This document shows positions 28,959-39,021 of a DNA stretch of 64,000 bases, one piece after another (the first letter of the stretch is position 1; each line of letters starts with the position of its first letter). Source of the DNA: Patescibacteria group bacterium (GTDB taxonomy: Bacteria; Patescibacteriota; Patescibacteriia; Magasanikbacterales; GWA2-37-8); the NCBI GenBank assembly GCA_041649475.1, contig JBAZNA010000001.1, forward strand, positions 264,612-328,611, read 5' to 3'. The position numbers were made by a program, and so were the translations under genes. The notes below the pieces were generated by a model that saw only the letters and a program-made list of their open reading frames with translations, did not search any database and was not told where the DNA came from.

Positions 28959-29965
28959 AGAAAATACCGGAACCATTTTTTTCTTTTGGAATCATGGTGT
29001 TGGGGATTCTTATTTTGTTTTTGAGCCCGATCTCTTTAACCGTTGGGAAGAGTTATTCTTTTATTCCTTTTCCGGGCAGCGCGCAGAGGGCCAGCGCCGG
29101 AACAAATATAGTTATGGAGAATTTTCCGGCCAGCCGGCCGGCCGTGCCCATACAGAAAGATAAACTCGGTTTTGCCGGATCAAGTACCGCCGCTTCGGCC
29201 ATTGTGGTTGATACCGGCACCAAGACCATTTTGTTTGATAAAAATAAAGACGAGGTCAGGCCGCTGGCCAGCATCTCCAAACTCATGAGCGCGATGGTTT
29301 TATTGGATTTGCCGATCAACTGGAATGTTTCCACGACAAAAATAACCGACGCGGATTATGACGGCAGTGATCACAATGTTAATGTGGGCGAGGAGTACAC
29401 ATTAAATGATTTGTGGCACGTGGCCTTAATCGGTTCTTCAAATACGGCGATCAGGGCTTTAGTGCGCGCCGTTGGGTTTACTACCGATGAGTTCGCGCAA
29501 AAAATGAATGCCAAAGCCAAAGAATTGCGGCTTTTTTCCGCTCATTTTGTTGAGCCCACCGGGCTTTCCAGTCAGAATGTGGCCAATGCTTACGATACGG
29601 CAAAATTATTAATTGATGCCTTGAAGTTTGATAAAATTTATACCACGGTTCAGATCGGACATTATGAGGCCCATCCGTTAAACGGCCAGCCAAAGAAAAT
29701 CTGGACCACTGATTGGCTGCTCACCAATTGGGTGCCGAATGATTTCAAGATGGAAGACATCGCCGGCAAAACAGGATATATTACCGATTCCGGTTATAAT
29801 TTTGCCGTGAATTTAACCAGCAAAAAAAACCATACTATTACGGTTGTGGTGCTTGGTACTGCTTCCAATGAACAGCGGTTCAGCGAGGCCCGCGATTTGG
29901 CCGAATGGACATTCAGCAATTTTGTTTGGCCGGAAGATGATGGGTATAAAACTCCGGCGCAATAG
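28952..29965 (+). CDS. D-alanyl-D-alanine carboxypeptidase (S11 / PBP5-like serine peptidase)
   Basis: SxxK (ASISKLM), SxN (SSN) and KTG motifs in the correct order. Confidence 0.8.
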   Translation: MLEKIPEPFFSFGIMVLGILILFLSPISLTVGKSYSFIPFPGSAQRASAGTNIVMENFPASRPAVPIQKDKLGFAGSSTAASAIVVDTGTKTILFDKNKDEVRPLASISKLMSAMVLLDLPINWNVSTTKITDADYDGSDHNVNVGEEYTLNDLWHVALIGSSNTAIRALVRAVGFTTDEFAQKMNAKAKELRLFSAHFVEPTGLSSQNVANAYDTAKLLIDALKFDKIYTTVQIGHYEAHPLNGQPKKIWTTDWLLTNWVPNDFKMEDIAGKTGYITDSGYNFAVNLTSKKNHTITVVVLGTASNEQRFSEARDLAEWTFSNFVWPEDDGYKTPAQ

Positions 29966-30018
29966 AACTTCTTCTATTTTTGTGGTATACTAAACATCGG
30001 CAACTCTTGCCGATTATT

Positions 30019-31224
30019 ATGCACTTCCATAATATTAAAGATATAAAAGATTTTAAGAACAAAACCGTCCTGGTTCGCGCCGATTTTAACGTCCCTATAA
30101 AAAATGGCCGAATCTTGGATGATTTTAAAATCAAAAAGGGGACTGCGACCATTAAATATCTGTTGAATAAAAAAGCCAAAGTGGTTTTGGTTTCTCATCT
30201 GGGCAGGCCAAGCGGGTATGATAAAAAATTAAGCTTGAAGCCGGTTAAAAACCTGCTGGAAAAATTTTTGCGTAAGAAAATTAAATTCCTGGACGTAAAA
30301 GATTGGAAAAAAGTTCAGGGCGATATCGTTAAGCTGCCCTCCGGCGACGTTACATTACTTGAAAATATTCGTTTTATTAAAGGTGAAGAGGAAAATGATA
30401 AACGAGTGGCCAAAAGGTTGGCCGGTTTAGCGGATATTTTTGTGCTGGACGGGTTTGCGGTGTCGCATCGTGCCGCGGCTTCGGTTTCGGGGGTGGCAAA
30501 ATATTTGCCAGCCTATGCCGGACTTTTATTAACTCAAGAGCTGGACGGTTTGGCAAAAGTTTTAACCCAGCCAAAACATCCGTTGGTGGTGGTGTTGGGC
30601 GGTGCGAAGATGGAAACTAAGATTCCGGTTTTGAAAAATTTATTATCCAAAGCAGACCATATTTTGCTTGGCGGCGGGATTGTCAATACCTATTTATGGG
30701 CCAAGGGTTACAAAATTGGAAGTTCGCTGATTGAGAAAAATTTTAAGCGGGAAGCTAAGAAATATTGTTCAAAACATAAAGTTGTCATGCCGGTTGATGT
30801 GATAGTGGGGAATGCTAAAGGCAAGCAGGCGCGGGCCATAAAAATTGATAAGAAATTTAAAGTTAAAAACGGGCAGGGAATTTATGACATTGGTCCGGAA
30901 ACCATAAAGCTCTTTTCCAAATATATAAAATCAGCCCAGACCTTGGTTTGGAACGGCGCGGTCGGCTATTTTGAACAGCACCCTTATGAATACGGAACTT
31001 ATTCCGTAGCCAGATTAATGGCCGCGCGAGCCAAAGGCAAGGCCTTTGGCGTGTGCGGAGGCGGGGAAACAGTGGAAGTTTTACGAAAGCTTGGTTTAAT
31101 GAGTGGCATTGATCTTGTTTCCACCGGCGGCGGAGCGATGCTTGAATATTTAAGCGGCGAAAAGTTGCCGGGCGTGGAAGTGGTCAAACACAAATTGCAT
31201 TTTTTACATAAGATATTTAATTAA
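30019..31224 (+). CDS. pgk: Phosphoglycerate kinase (start set to the Met preceding the conserved N-terminus; the ORF track begins at 29980)
   Basis: KTVLVRADFNVP, hinge and C-terminal GGGA...LPG motifs. Confidence 0.9.
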   Translation: MHFHNIKDIKDFKNKTVLVRADFNVPIKNGRILDDFKIKKGTATIKYLLNKKAKVVLVSHLGRPSGYDKKLSLKPVKNLLEKFLRKKIKFLDVKDWKKVQGDIVKLPSGDVTLLENIRFIKGEEENDKRVAKRLAGLADIFVLDGFAVSHRAAASVSGVAKYLPAYAGLLLTQELDGLAKVLTQPKHPLVVVLGGAKMETKIPVLKNLLSKADHILLGGGIVNTYLWAKGYKIGSSLIEKNFKREAKKYCSKHKVVMPVDVIVGNAKGKQARAIKIDKKFKVKNGQGIYDIGPETIKLFSKYIKSAQTLVWNGAVGYFEQHPYEYGTYSVARLMAARAKGKAFGVCGGGETVEVLRKLGLMSGIDLVSTGGGAMLEYLSGEKLPGVEVVKHKLHFLHKIFN

Positions 31225-31231
31225 TAAACAT

Positions 31232-32041
31232 ATGCCTAACGGAAAAATCAAGGAGCACGGACCAACGTGTCTGTGCTGTCACGGTGGTTTTATAAAAAAA
31301 ATAATGCTCACCTTAGCCGGCGTGCTTTTGGTCTATGTAATTTTTTATTTCGGCACCATGATCCGAAATAATATAAAACAATTCAATTATATCGGCCAGG
31401 CCGACAGAGCCGAGCGGACGATTACGGTTAATGGTTATGGGAAGGTCACCGGAAATAATGACATAGCCGTTACTACGATCGGCTATTCAAATACCGATAA
31501 AGATGTGGCTAAGGCGCAAACGGATAATAAAAAGGTTATGGATTCGGTCTTTGCGGATTTAAAAAAGATAGGTATTGAAGATAAGGATTTGCAGTCGGAT
31601 TATACTATTTATCCGGAGTATAATTACACGCAGGACAAAGGCCAACAGCTGATAGGGTACAGGGTGACCAATTCTCTAACTGTGAAAATTCGGGATTTGA
31701 AGAAAATCAGCGACGTGCTTAATTTAGCCGGGAAATACGGCGCTAATAATGTGAGCGGTTTAAGTTTTACTATTGATGATCCGGAAAATCTGAAAACAGA
31801 GGCCAGAGACAAAGCGGTTCTTGATGCCAAAGACAAAGCCGGTTATTTGTCTGATACATTGGGCGTCGGGCTAGGCCGGGTGGTGTCATATACTGAATAT
31901 GAGGGTTCATCTATAAGTAGCGACATGTATGCAATGAAGAACTATGCGGGTGCCGAAGGCGGCGGGGCCGCTCCGATTAGCGTTTCCGGCGGCAGCCGGG
32001 ATGTGATTATGAACGTCTCGGTGACTTACGAAATATATTAA
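31232..32041 (+). CDS. SIMPL-domain (DUF541) periplasmic/secreted protein
   Basis: N-terminal TM segment, then the I.V.G.G.V...PD.A and IGY..TNSLTV motif pattern of SIMPL/DUF541 proteins. Confidence 0.6.
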   Translation: MPNGKIKEHGPTCLCCHGGFIKKIMLTLAGVLLVYVIFYFGTMIRNNIKQFNYIGQADRAERTITVNGYGKVTGNNDIAVTTIGYSNTDKDVAKAQTDNKKVMDSVFADLKKIGIEDKDLQSDYTIYPEYNYTQDKGQQLIGYRVTNSLTVKIRDLKKISDVLNLAGKYGANNVSGLSFTIDDPENLKTEARDKAVLDAKDKAGYLSDTLGVGLGRVVSYTEYEGSSISSDMYAMKNYAGAEGGGAAPISVSGGSRDVIMNVSVTYEIY

Positions 32042-32052
32042 AAAGGTTTAAA

Positions 32053-32086
32053 AAGTTCTCCTCTCGCCGAGGGGAACTTTTTTATT
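32053..32086 (+). terminator. Intrinsic terminator after the SIMPL gene (GTTCTCCTC-TCGCC-GAGGGGAAC then T8)
   Basis: Read directly; one mismatch in the stem. Confidence 0.6.
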
Positions 32087-32094
32087 TTTGGCAG

Positions 32095-32123
32095 TTGTTG
32101 GCAGACCGGCGCTGTGGTATAAT
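32095..32123 (+). promoter_or_regulatory. Candidate eno promoter with extended -10 (TGgTATAAT) and a weak -35 (TTGTTG)
   Basis: Read directly 30 nt upstream of the eno ATG. Confidence 0.5.
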
Positions 32124-32152
32124 ATGCGCGCACATATTTAACCTTTTTAGTT

Positions 32153-33400
32153 ATGAAAATAAAACAGATTTTAGCCCGTGAAGTGCTTGATTCACGCGGA
32201 AATCCAACCGTAGAAGCGAAGGTGATTTTGGCAAGCGGAGCTGTCGGTTCGGCCAAAGTGCCTTCCGGCGCTTCAACCGGTTCGCATGAGGCGCTTGAGC
32301 TTCGCGATGGCGGCCAAAGGTATGACGGTAAAGGGGTTTTAAAAGCCGTTAAAAATGTGAACACGATTATTGCCAAAGCAGTGGTGGGCATGGAAGTGGA
32401 AAATATCCAAGCGATTGATCAAAAAATGATAACTGTTGACGGGACAAAAAATAAATCAAAATTAGGTGCGAACGCGATTTTATCCGTTTCACTGGCGGTT
32501 GCGCGGGCCGGAGCCATTGCGTCCAAGATGCCGCTCTATAAATATCTGCGCAAAGTTTATCAGATAAAAGAAAAAGGATTTAGAATGCCGGTTCCGACCA
32601 TGAATATCTTAAATGGCGGTCGGCACGCGGACAATCAACTAAACATCCAGGAGTTCATGATTATACCGCGTCACAGATTACTGCGGGAACGGGTGAGAAT
32701 GGGAGCACAAATTTTTCACGCCCTGCTCGGTTGGTTAAATCAGAGGGACTATGTCACTGCCGTGGGCGATGAAGGCGGATGCGCGCCGGATTTATCAAAC
32801 AATGAAAGGGCCATACAGATTATCATTGAAGCCATTAAGCTGGCCGGTTTCAAACCGGGCAAAGATGTATTTTTGGGGATGGACATTGCCTCTTCGGAAT
32901 TTTATAACCACGGCAAATATTATTTTATCAGTAAAAAACAACCGTGGGATGCCGGGAAAATGATTTCCCTCTTTTCACAATGGGTAAAAAAATATCCGAT
33001 TATTTCCATTGAAGACGGACTGGCTGAAGACGATTGGGCAAACTGGAAACTGCTCACCGCCAAGCTGGGAAAAAATGTGGCGTTGGTCGGGGATGATTTG
33101 TTCGTAACCAACATAACCAGATTGGGTAAAGGTATAAAAGAAAAAGTGGCTAACGCGATTTTGATCAAGTTAAATCAGATCGGCACGTTGTCGGAAACGA
33201 TGGCCGCGATCATGCTGGCCAAGCAAAACCATTATCAAGTCAGCGTCTCGCACCGAAGCGGTGAAACCGCCGATACATTTATTGCCGATTTGGCCGTGGC
33301 CGTCAATGCTGAATTTATTAAAACCGGATCCTTGTCCCGATCGGAACGCGTTGAAAAATATAATCGTTTGATGGAAATAGAAATGGAATTAGGAATTTAA
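32153..33400 (+). CDS. eno: Enolase
   Basis: [14 protein letters not shown]...[16 protein letters not shown] is canonical enolase. Confidence 0.95.
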   Translation: MKIKQILAREVLDSRGNPTVEAKVILASGAVGSAKVPSGASTGSHEALELRDGGQRYDGKGVLKAVKNVNTIIAKAVVGMEVENIQAIDQKMITVDGTKNKSKLGANAILSVSLAVARAGAIASKMPLYKYLRKVYQIKEKGFRMPVPTMNILNGGRHADNQLNIQEFMIIPRHRLLRERVRMGAQIFHALLGWLNQRDYVTAVGDEGGCAPDLSNNERAIQIIIEAIKLAGFKPGKDVFLGMDIASSEFYNHGKYYFISKKQPWDAGKMISLFSQWVKKYPIISIEDGLAEDDWANWKLLTAKLGKNVALVGDDLFVTNITRLGKGIKEKVANAILIKLNQIGTLSETMAAIMLAKQNHYQVSVSHRSGETADTFIADLAVAVNAEFIKTGSLSRSERVEKYNRLMEIEMELGI

Positions 33401-33403
33401 AAT

Positions 33404-34945
33404 ATGTCAAAACAAAAAACAACCTTATTGGTCATTATGGACGGTTGGGGTATCGCCGCTCCCGGCCGCGGCAATCCGGTGACGGCAAAAAATGCCCCGA
33501 ATTATTTTTCCTGGTTGAAAAAATATCCTAACAGCAAGCTTGAAGCCAGCGGTTCGGCGGTCGGTTTGTTTAAAGATGAAGAGGGGAACAGTGAAGCCGG
33601 TCATTTAAATTTGGGGGCCGGCCGCATGGTCAAACAAGACGCTTTATATATTTCCGAAGCCATTGCCGACGGAACGTTTTTCAAAAATAATGCTTTTGAT
33701 CAGGCCCTGCATCATATCAGAAAATACGGGACGGCTATTCATGTGATGGGACTCCTGTCAAACCACAACAGCGCCCATTCCTGTCCGGAGCATTTGTACG
33801 CGCTTTTGGATTTATTCTACAGTGAAGGCATAAAACAAGTTTATCTTCATCTTTTCACGGATGGCCGCGATTCCGGCCAACATGATGCTCCCAATCATCT
33901 TAAAAAATTAGAGAAACATTTTCATGGCACAGAACAGATCGCCACTATTATGGGCAGGTTCTATGCTATGGACAGAAACAAAGATTGGGATAGAACCAAA
34001 AAGGCCTATGAGGCAATGATACTGGGCAAGGGCTGTGTGGCCGGTAGCGCCGAAGAAGCCATAGCCCAATCATATAACAAAGGCGACACAGACGAATTTG
34101 TCTGTCCGACGGTTATAGTCAAACATAATCAGCCGACGGCCACTATTAAAGATAACGACGCAATTTTCTTTTTTAATCTGCGCAGTGATCGGGCGCGGGA
34201 ACTGACCAAGGCCTTTGTCCAGCCGAATTTTAAAGAATTGAATCCGGGATCTTTTACCAGAACAAAGTATCCAAAAAATACCAGATTTGTGGCTATGGCC
34301 GATTTTGGGCCTGATTTGCCCGGCGTTCTCACCGCCTTCCCGAGCCGGGATGTTCCCAATAGTTTGGTACAGATGTTATGCCCGCGTCCGCAGCTGTATA
34401 TTGCCGAATCGGAGAAATTCGCTCATATAACCTATTTCTTTAACGGCGGTTATGCCCAGCATTTTTGTGAGGAAAATTGGGTAAAGATAGAATCGCCGGA
34501 AGTTAAAAATTATGCCGAAAAACCGGAAATGAGCGCTAAAAAAGTCGCGGATTATGTTATCGGCGCTCTTGAGTCGCATAAGTATGAATTTATTGCCGTT
34601 AATTTTGCCAATCCCGATATGGTTGGTCATACCGGAAATTTTGCGGCCGGAGAAATTGCAGTAAACACGGTTGACCGCGAGGTGGCAAGAGTGATAAAGT
34701 CCTTGGAGAAAAATGGCGGCGCCGGAATTATTACCGCCGATCACGGCAATATTGAAGGAATGATAAATTTAAAGACCGGTGAAATAGATACCGAGCACTC
34801 CACCAATCCGGTGCCGTTTATCTTGATAAACACACCGGCTCCGCGTAAATTACCGGCAGGCAAGCTCGCCAATGTGGCTCCGACGTTATTAAAACTTATG
34901 GGTATAGGTAAACCGGAAGAGATGACTGCCAAGAGTTTAATTTAA
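33404..34945 (+). CDS. gpmI: 2,3-bisphosphoglycerate-independent phosphoglycerate mutase, copy 1
   Basis: IMDGWG, GNSEAGHLNLGAGR (catalytic Ser), NPDMVGHTG and ADHGN metal-ligand motifs. Confidence 0.9.
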   Translation: MSKQKTTLLVIMDGWGIAAPGRGNPVTAKNAPNYFSWLKKYPNSKLEASGSAVGLFKDEEGNSEAGHLNLGAGRMVKQDALYISEAIADGTFFKNNAFDQALHHIRKYGTAIHVMGLLSNHNSAHSCPEHLYALLDLFYSEGIKQVYLHLFTDGRDSGQHDAPNHLKKLEKHFHGTEQIATIMGRFYAMDRNKDWDRTKKAYEAMILGKGCVAGSAEEAIAQSYNKGDTDEFVCPTVIVKHNQPTATIKDNDAIFFFNLRSDRARELTKAFVQPNFKELNPGSFTRTKYPKNTRFVAMADFGPDLPGVLTAFPSRDVPNSLVQMLCPRPQLYIAESEKFAHITYFFNGGYAQHFCEENWVKIESPEVKNYAEKPEMSAKKVADYVIGALESHKYEFIAVNFANPDMVGHTGNFAAGEIAVNTVDREVARVIKSLEKNGGAGIITADHGNIEGMINLKTGEIDTEHSTNPVPFILINTPAPRKLPAGKLANVAPTLLKLMGIGKPEEMTAKSLI

Positions 34946-34953
34946 CAATATAT

Positions 34954-36528
34954 ATGTCCTACAAACCGGTGGTATTAGTGATAATGGACGGCTGGGGGAT
35001 TGCTCCTGATAGCGCCGGCAATGCGGTCACCAGAGCGCAAACGCCCAATTTCAAAAGATTCCTAAAGGATTATCCGACCATGACCATTTATGCCGCGGGC
35101 AACGAGGTCGGTCTTTTGTTCGGCGAAATGGGCAATTCTGAAGTGGGGCATTTGAATATCGGCGCCGGCCGGGTCTATTACCAAACCTGTCCGAGAATCA
35201 ACAAAGAAATTGCCGAAGGAAATTTCTTTAAGAACGAGGCGTTTTTAAACGCGATTAACAAAGCCAAAAAAAATAAGACAAAATTGCACTTGATTGGCCT
35301 GGTCAGTTCCGGAAATGTGCATTCAAGCAGTGATCATTTATATGCCTTGCTTGATCTCTGCAAGCGGCAAAAATTTCAAAATGTTTTTATTCATGTTATT
35401 TTAGACGGCCGGGATTGCTTGTATAATTCCGGCAAGGACTGCGTGTCTGCATTGATCGGCAAGATGAAGGAATATAAAGTCGGCACCATTGCTTCTCTTT
35501 CCGGAAGGTATTACGCGATGGACAGAGATAACCGCTGGGACAGATGCGAAAAGGCGTATAAGGCCATGGCCGAAGGCGTGTCAGAGCGCAGCGGTGATGA
35601 TCCGATTAAAATGATTGAGGAGGCCTACAGTCAAAATAATTTTGATGAAGAATTTATCCCCGGAGTTATTACCAAAAATGGCCAGCCGGTGACCACAATA
35701 GACGAAGGCGACGCGGCTATATTTTTCAATTTTAGACCTGACCGGGCCAGAGAACTGACCCAGGCCTTTGTTTTGCCCAGTTTTAATAAGTTTGCCAAAA
35801 AACCTATCAAAGATTTATATTTTGTGACCATGTCCGAGTATGAAAAAGATCTGCCGGCTGTGGCGGCTTATACGCCGGTGGTGGTGCACAATTGTTTGGC
35901 CGAAGTGATAAGCAAAGCGGGGTTAAAGCAATTTCATATTGCCGAAACCGAAAAATACGCGCACGTAACCTTTTTTTTAAACGGCACCATTGAAGAGCCG
36001 TTTCCGGGCGAAGACAGATTTTTGGTTCCGTCGCCGAAAGTGGCCTCTTATGATTTAAAACCGGAGATGTCGGCCGCCGAGGTTTTAAAGGAATTAGGCA
36101 AAGCCATTGACAGCGAAAAATATGATTTTATTATTGTTAATTTCGCCAATCCGGATATGGTGGGCCATACCGGCGTTTTGAAGGCAGGTATCAGATCCTG
36201 CGAAGTGACGGATAAGTGCATCGGCGATTTGGTTGACCATGTGTTGTCTCATAGCGGCGTGGCTGTTATCACGGCCGATCATGGCAATGTTGAAGAAATG
36301 ATAAATTTGCAAACCGGTGAAATAGATAAAGAACACTCAACCAATCCGGTGCCGCTCATTATTGTGGGCAAAGATTTTTTGGGTTCTGCCGGGCCGGCCG
36401 GCGATGCTCCGGAAGGGGATTTGAGTTTAACTCATCCGGTCGGCGTTTTGGCTGATGTGGCTCCGACCATTTTGAAATTAATGGGAGTGGAGCAGCCGCC
36501 GGAAATGACCGGCCAGCCGCTTATTTAA
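34954..36528 (+). CDS. gpmI: 2,3-bisphosphoglycerate-independent phosphoglycerate mutase, copy 2 (tandem paralog)
   Basis: IMDGWG, GNSEVGHLNIGAGR, NPDMVGHTG and ADHGN are all intact; sequence is divergent from copy 1. Confidence 0.9.
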   Translation: MSYKPVVLVIMDGWGIAPDSAGNAVTRAQTPNFKRFLKDYPTMTIYAAGNEVGLLFGEMGNSEVGHLNIGAGRVYYQTCPRINKEIAEGNFFKNEAFLNAINKAKKNKTKLHLIGLVSSGNVHSSSDHLYALLDLCKRQKFQNVFIHVILDGRDCLYNSGKDCVSALIGKMKEYKVGTIASLSGRYYAMDRDNRWDRCEKAYKAMAEGVSERSGDDPIKMIEEAYSQNNFDEEFIPGVITKNGQPVTTIDEGDAAIFFNFRPDRARELTQAFVLPSFNKFAKKPIKDLYFVTMSEYEKDLPAVAAYTPVVVHNCLAEVISKAGLKQFHIAETEKYAHVTFFLNGTIEEPFPGEDRFLVPSPKVASYDLKPEMSAAEVLKELGKAIDSEKYDFIIVNFANPDMVGHTGVLKAGIRSCEVTDKCIGDLVDHVLSHSGVAVITADHGNVEEMINLQTGEIDKEHSTNPVPLIIVGKDFLGSAGPAGDAPEGDLSLTHPVGVLADVAPTILKLMGVEQPPEMTGQPLI

Positions 36529-36534
36529 CCGGCC

Positions 36535-37680
36535 TTATTTAGCCGACAGTGTTTTCTTTATATATTCTATAACCTCCGCTTCAAGTTCTTTCAATTTTTT
36601 ACCGGTCTCTTGAAAAGAGGCGTTTTTTTTGTTGCCTTCAGGATGGAAGGGCGAGAGCAGAAGCTTGGCGTCATGCTGTCTGTCACAATACAAAAATCCC
36701 TGCACCAGATCGGCTGTCTGCGGATTTTCATAGAGAAGCAAAACTACCTTGGCTTCCGGAGAATTACTAATCAGTTCATCAATCAGTCCGTGCAGTTCTT
36801 CAATGCCGGCTCCGGATCTGGTAAAATCTTCGCGAGTAAGCGATGTCCAAACCAGTCCCAGACCGGGATCGTTTTCCATATGAATGAGCGCCTGTCCCCA
36901 AATTTTTAGTGAAGCAATGGTTTTTGTCCGGTAAAGATTTTGGACTATTTTTTCCCTGTCTGCCCCCAGGTTCATCAGCTGGCTGGCCACATTTAAAGTT
37001 AAAGGCGTAACATTGCTGGCTTTAAAGCTTTGGGTTTGGCTGATCATACCGGTTAGTAGTGCATTGGCAATATCTTCATCAATAAACGCCTCGCCCAATT
37101 GGGACATTGTTTTAAAAATTATTTCCGAGGTTGAGGTGGCGGTTAGATCAACATAGTTTATCTGGCCGTAGTGTTCATTGCTCGGGTGATTGTCAAAATT
37201 TACAATCGGTATCCGATAAAAAAGGTCGGTGTTGCTGAAGAAAACATTGCCCAGGGAGTCCAGGTCTTGAGCGTTTACGGTTATAATCAAATCGTATTTA
37301 AAATTTGACTGGGCGGTGCGCAGTTCGTTTTTGGTGATTATTCCTTGTTTGGGAGTGAGATAAATGGAAAGCCAGTTGTCTTTGATGTCATAGCTTAAAG
37401 TGTCTATTTTTATATTAGACACATCAACCTTAATCATGAATTTTTGCAGATGAGAAATTTCGGACGAAATACCGGCGATGTCTTTGAGGAACTTCAAATT
37501 TTTCGGTTCGCGGAAATTATCACAGACAACATCCACCTGTTTATGCTGTTTTTCCAGAAATTTTTTCCAAGCCAAAGACCCGCAGATGGCGTCTGTGTTT
37601 TGCGCGGAATTAAACACCAATAAGATGTGTTTGCTGTTTTCAATCAGTTGGTGCAGTTGTTGGATCTCATTTAATGCCAT
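36535..37680 (-). CDS. DHH/DHHA1-family phosphoesterase paralog with substituted catalytic motifs (probable pseudo-enzyme)
   Basis: Overall NrnA-like layout, but motif I reads NTDAICGS (vs NPDGDAIGS), DHH reads FDNHP (vs IDHHP) and GGGH reads EGNKKNA. Compare the intact copy at 56743-57711. Confidence 0.6.
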   Translation of the reverse strand: MALNEIQQLHQLIENSKHILLVFNSAQNTDAICGSLAWKKFLEKQHKQVDVVCDNFREPKNLKFLKDIAGISSEISHLQKFMIKVDVSNIKIDTLSYDIKDNWLSIYLTPKQGIITKNELRTAQSNFKYDLIITVNAQDLDSLGNVFFSNTDLFYRIPIVNFDNHPSNEHYGQINYVDLTATSTSEIIFKTMSQLGEAFIDEDIANALLTGMISQTQSFKASNVTPLTLNVASQLMNLGADREKIVQNLYRTKTIASLKIWGQALIHMENDPGLGLVWTSLTREDFTRSGAGIEELHGLIDELISNSPEAKVVLLLYENPQTADLVQGFLYCDRQHDAKLLLSPFHPEGNKKNASFQETGKKLKELEAEVIEYIKKTLSAK

Positions 37681-37820
37681 AATTTAGCCAAAAACTTGGA
37701 ACATCCCATTTTATCAATCTTTCCAAACCTTGTCAACAACCGGGTTGACTGATGCGTATTTGATTTTTTGGCCTAGATTTAGTAAAATATTAGCAGTTTG
37801 CTTAATTAGATACCTATATA

Positions 37821-39020
37821 TTGTTTATGAAAATTGATACCAGCCCGGAAAAAATCAACGAATTGCTTAGTCGGGGGGTGGAAAACGTATTTCCAACCAA
37901 AGAGTTTTTGGAAAAAGAGTTAAAATCAGGAAAACAGCTAACACTATACACGGGTTATGATCCAACCGCGCCGACTTTACATATCGGGCATGGCATAACT
38001 ATGTTAAAACTGCGCCAGTTTCAAGAGTTGGGGCATAAGGTGATTATGCTGATAGGTGATTTTACCGGCATGATCGGCGACCCGACCGACAAGACATCTG
38101 CCAGGCAAAAATTGACCCGCGAACAGGTTTTAGAAAATTGTAAGAGTTATAAAAAACAGGCCTCTGCGATTTTGGACTTTGCCGGGAAGAATCCGGTGGA
38201 AGTAAAATACAACAGCAAGTGGCTGGCAAAATTAAATTTTGAGGACTTGATTGAATTGGCTTCTCATTTCACCGTTCAGAGAATGCTGGAAAGAGATATG
38301 TTTGAAAAGAGGATGCAGGAAGAAAAACCAATTTACATGCATGAGTTTTTTTATCCGTTAATGCAAGGTTATGATTCGGTGGCTATGGACGTTGATGGAG
38401 AAGTGGGTGGAAACGATCAGACCTTTAACATGCTGGCCGGGCGTGATTTAATGAAAGATTTAAAAAATAAAGAAAAATTTGTTTTAACAACCAGATTGCT
38501 TACTGATGCCGGCGGCAAGAAAATGGGTAAGAGCGAAGGTAATATGGTGGCATTGTCAGATGGGCCAGAAGATATGTTTGGAAAAGTGATGAGTTGGAGC
38601 GATGAAATGATTGGACCGGGATTTGAATTGTGCACACGCGTGCCCATGGATGAAGTTGATGATATGAAAAAAGATATGAAATCCGGCGCCAATCCGCGTG
38701 ATTTCAAGATGCGTTTGGCCTATGAAGTTGTCAGAACATTTTTGGGAGATAAATATGCCAAGCAGGGCGAGGAGCATTTTCAAAAGGTCTTTCAGGAGAA
38801 AAGCAAACCGGAAGATATACTGGAAATAAAACCGAGCGCCGCCGATATTATAACTGTTTTGGTGGAAGCAAAAATTTGCAAAAGTAAATCAGAGGCACGG
38901 CAGGTTATTGCCCAGGGCGGGGTGAAAATAAACGATCAGAAGGTTGCGGCGATTGACATCAAAGTAAAATCAGGCGACGTGGTGCAAAAGGGCAGCCGGT
39001 TTTTTGTGAAAATAAAATAG
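37821..39020 (+). CDS. tyrS: Tyrosyl-tRNA synthetase
   Basis: HIGH (LHIGHG) and KMSKS (KMGKS) motifs; C-terminal S4 domain. Confidence 0.95.
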   Translation: MFMKIDTSPEKINELLSRGVENVFPTKEFLEKELKSGKQLTLYTGYDPTAPTLHIGHGITMLKLRQFQELGHKVIMLIGDFTGMIGDPTDKTSARQKLTREQVLENCKSYKKQASAILDFAGKNPVEVKYNSKWLAKLNFEDLIELASHFTVQRMLERDMFEKRMQEEKPIYMHEFFYPLMQGYDSVAMDVDGEVGGNDQTFNMLAGRDLMKDLKNKEKFVLTTRLLTDAGGKKMGKSEGNMVALSDGPEDMFGKVMSWSDEMIGPGFELCTRVPMDEVDDMKKDMKSGANPRDFKMRLAYEVVRTFLGDKYAKQGEEHFQKVFQEKSKPEDILEIKPSAADIITVLVEAKICKSKSEARQVIAQGGVKINDQKVAAIDIKVKSGDVVQKGSRFFVKIK

Positions 39021-39021
39021 T

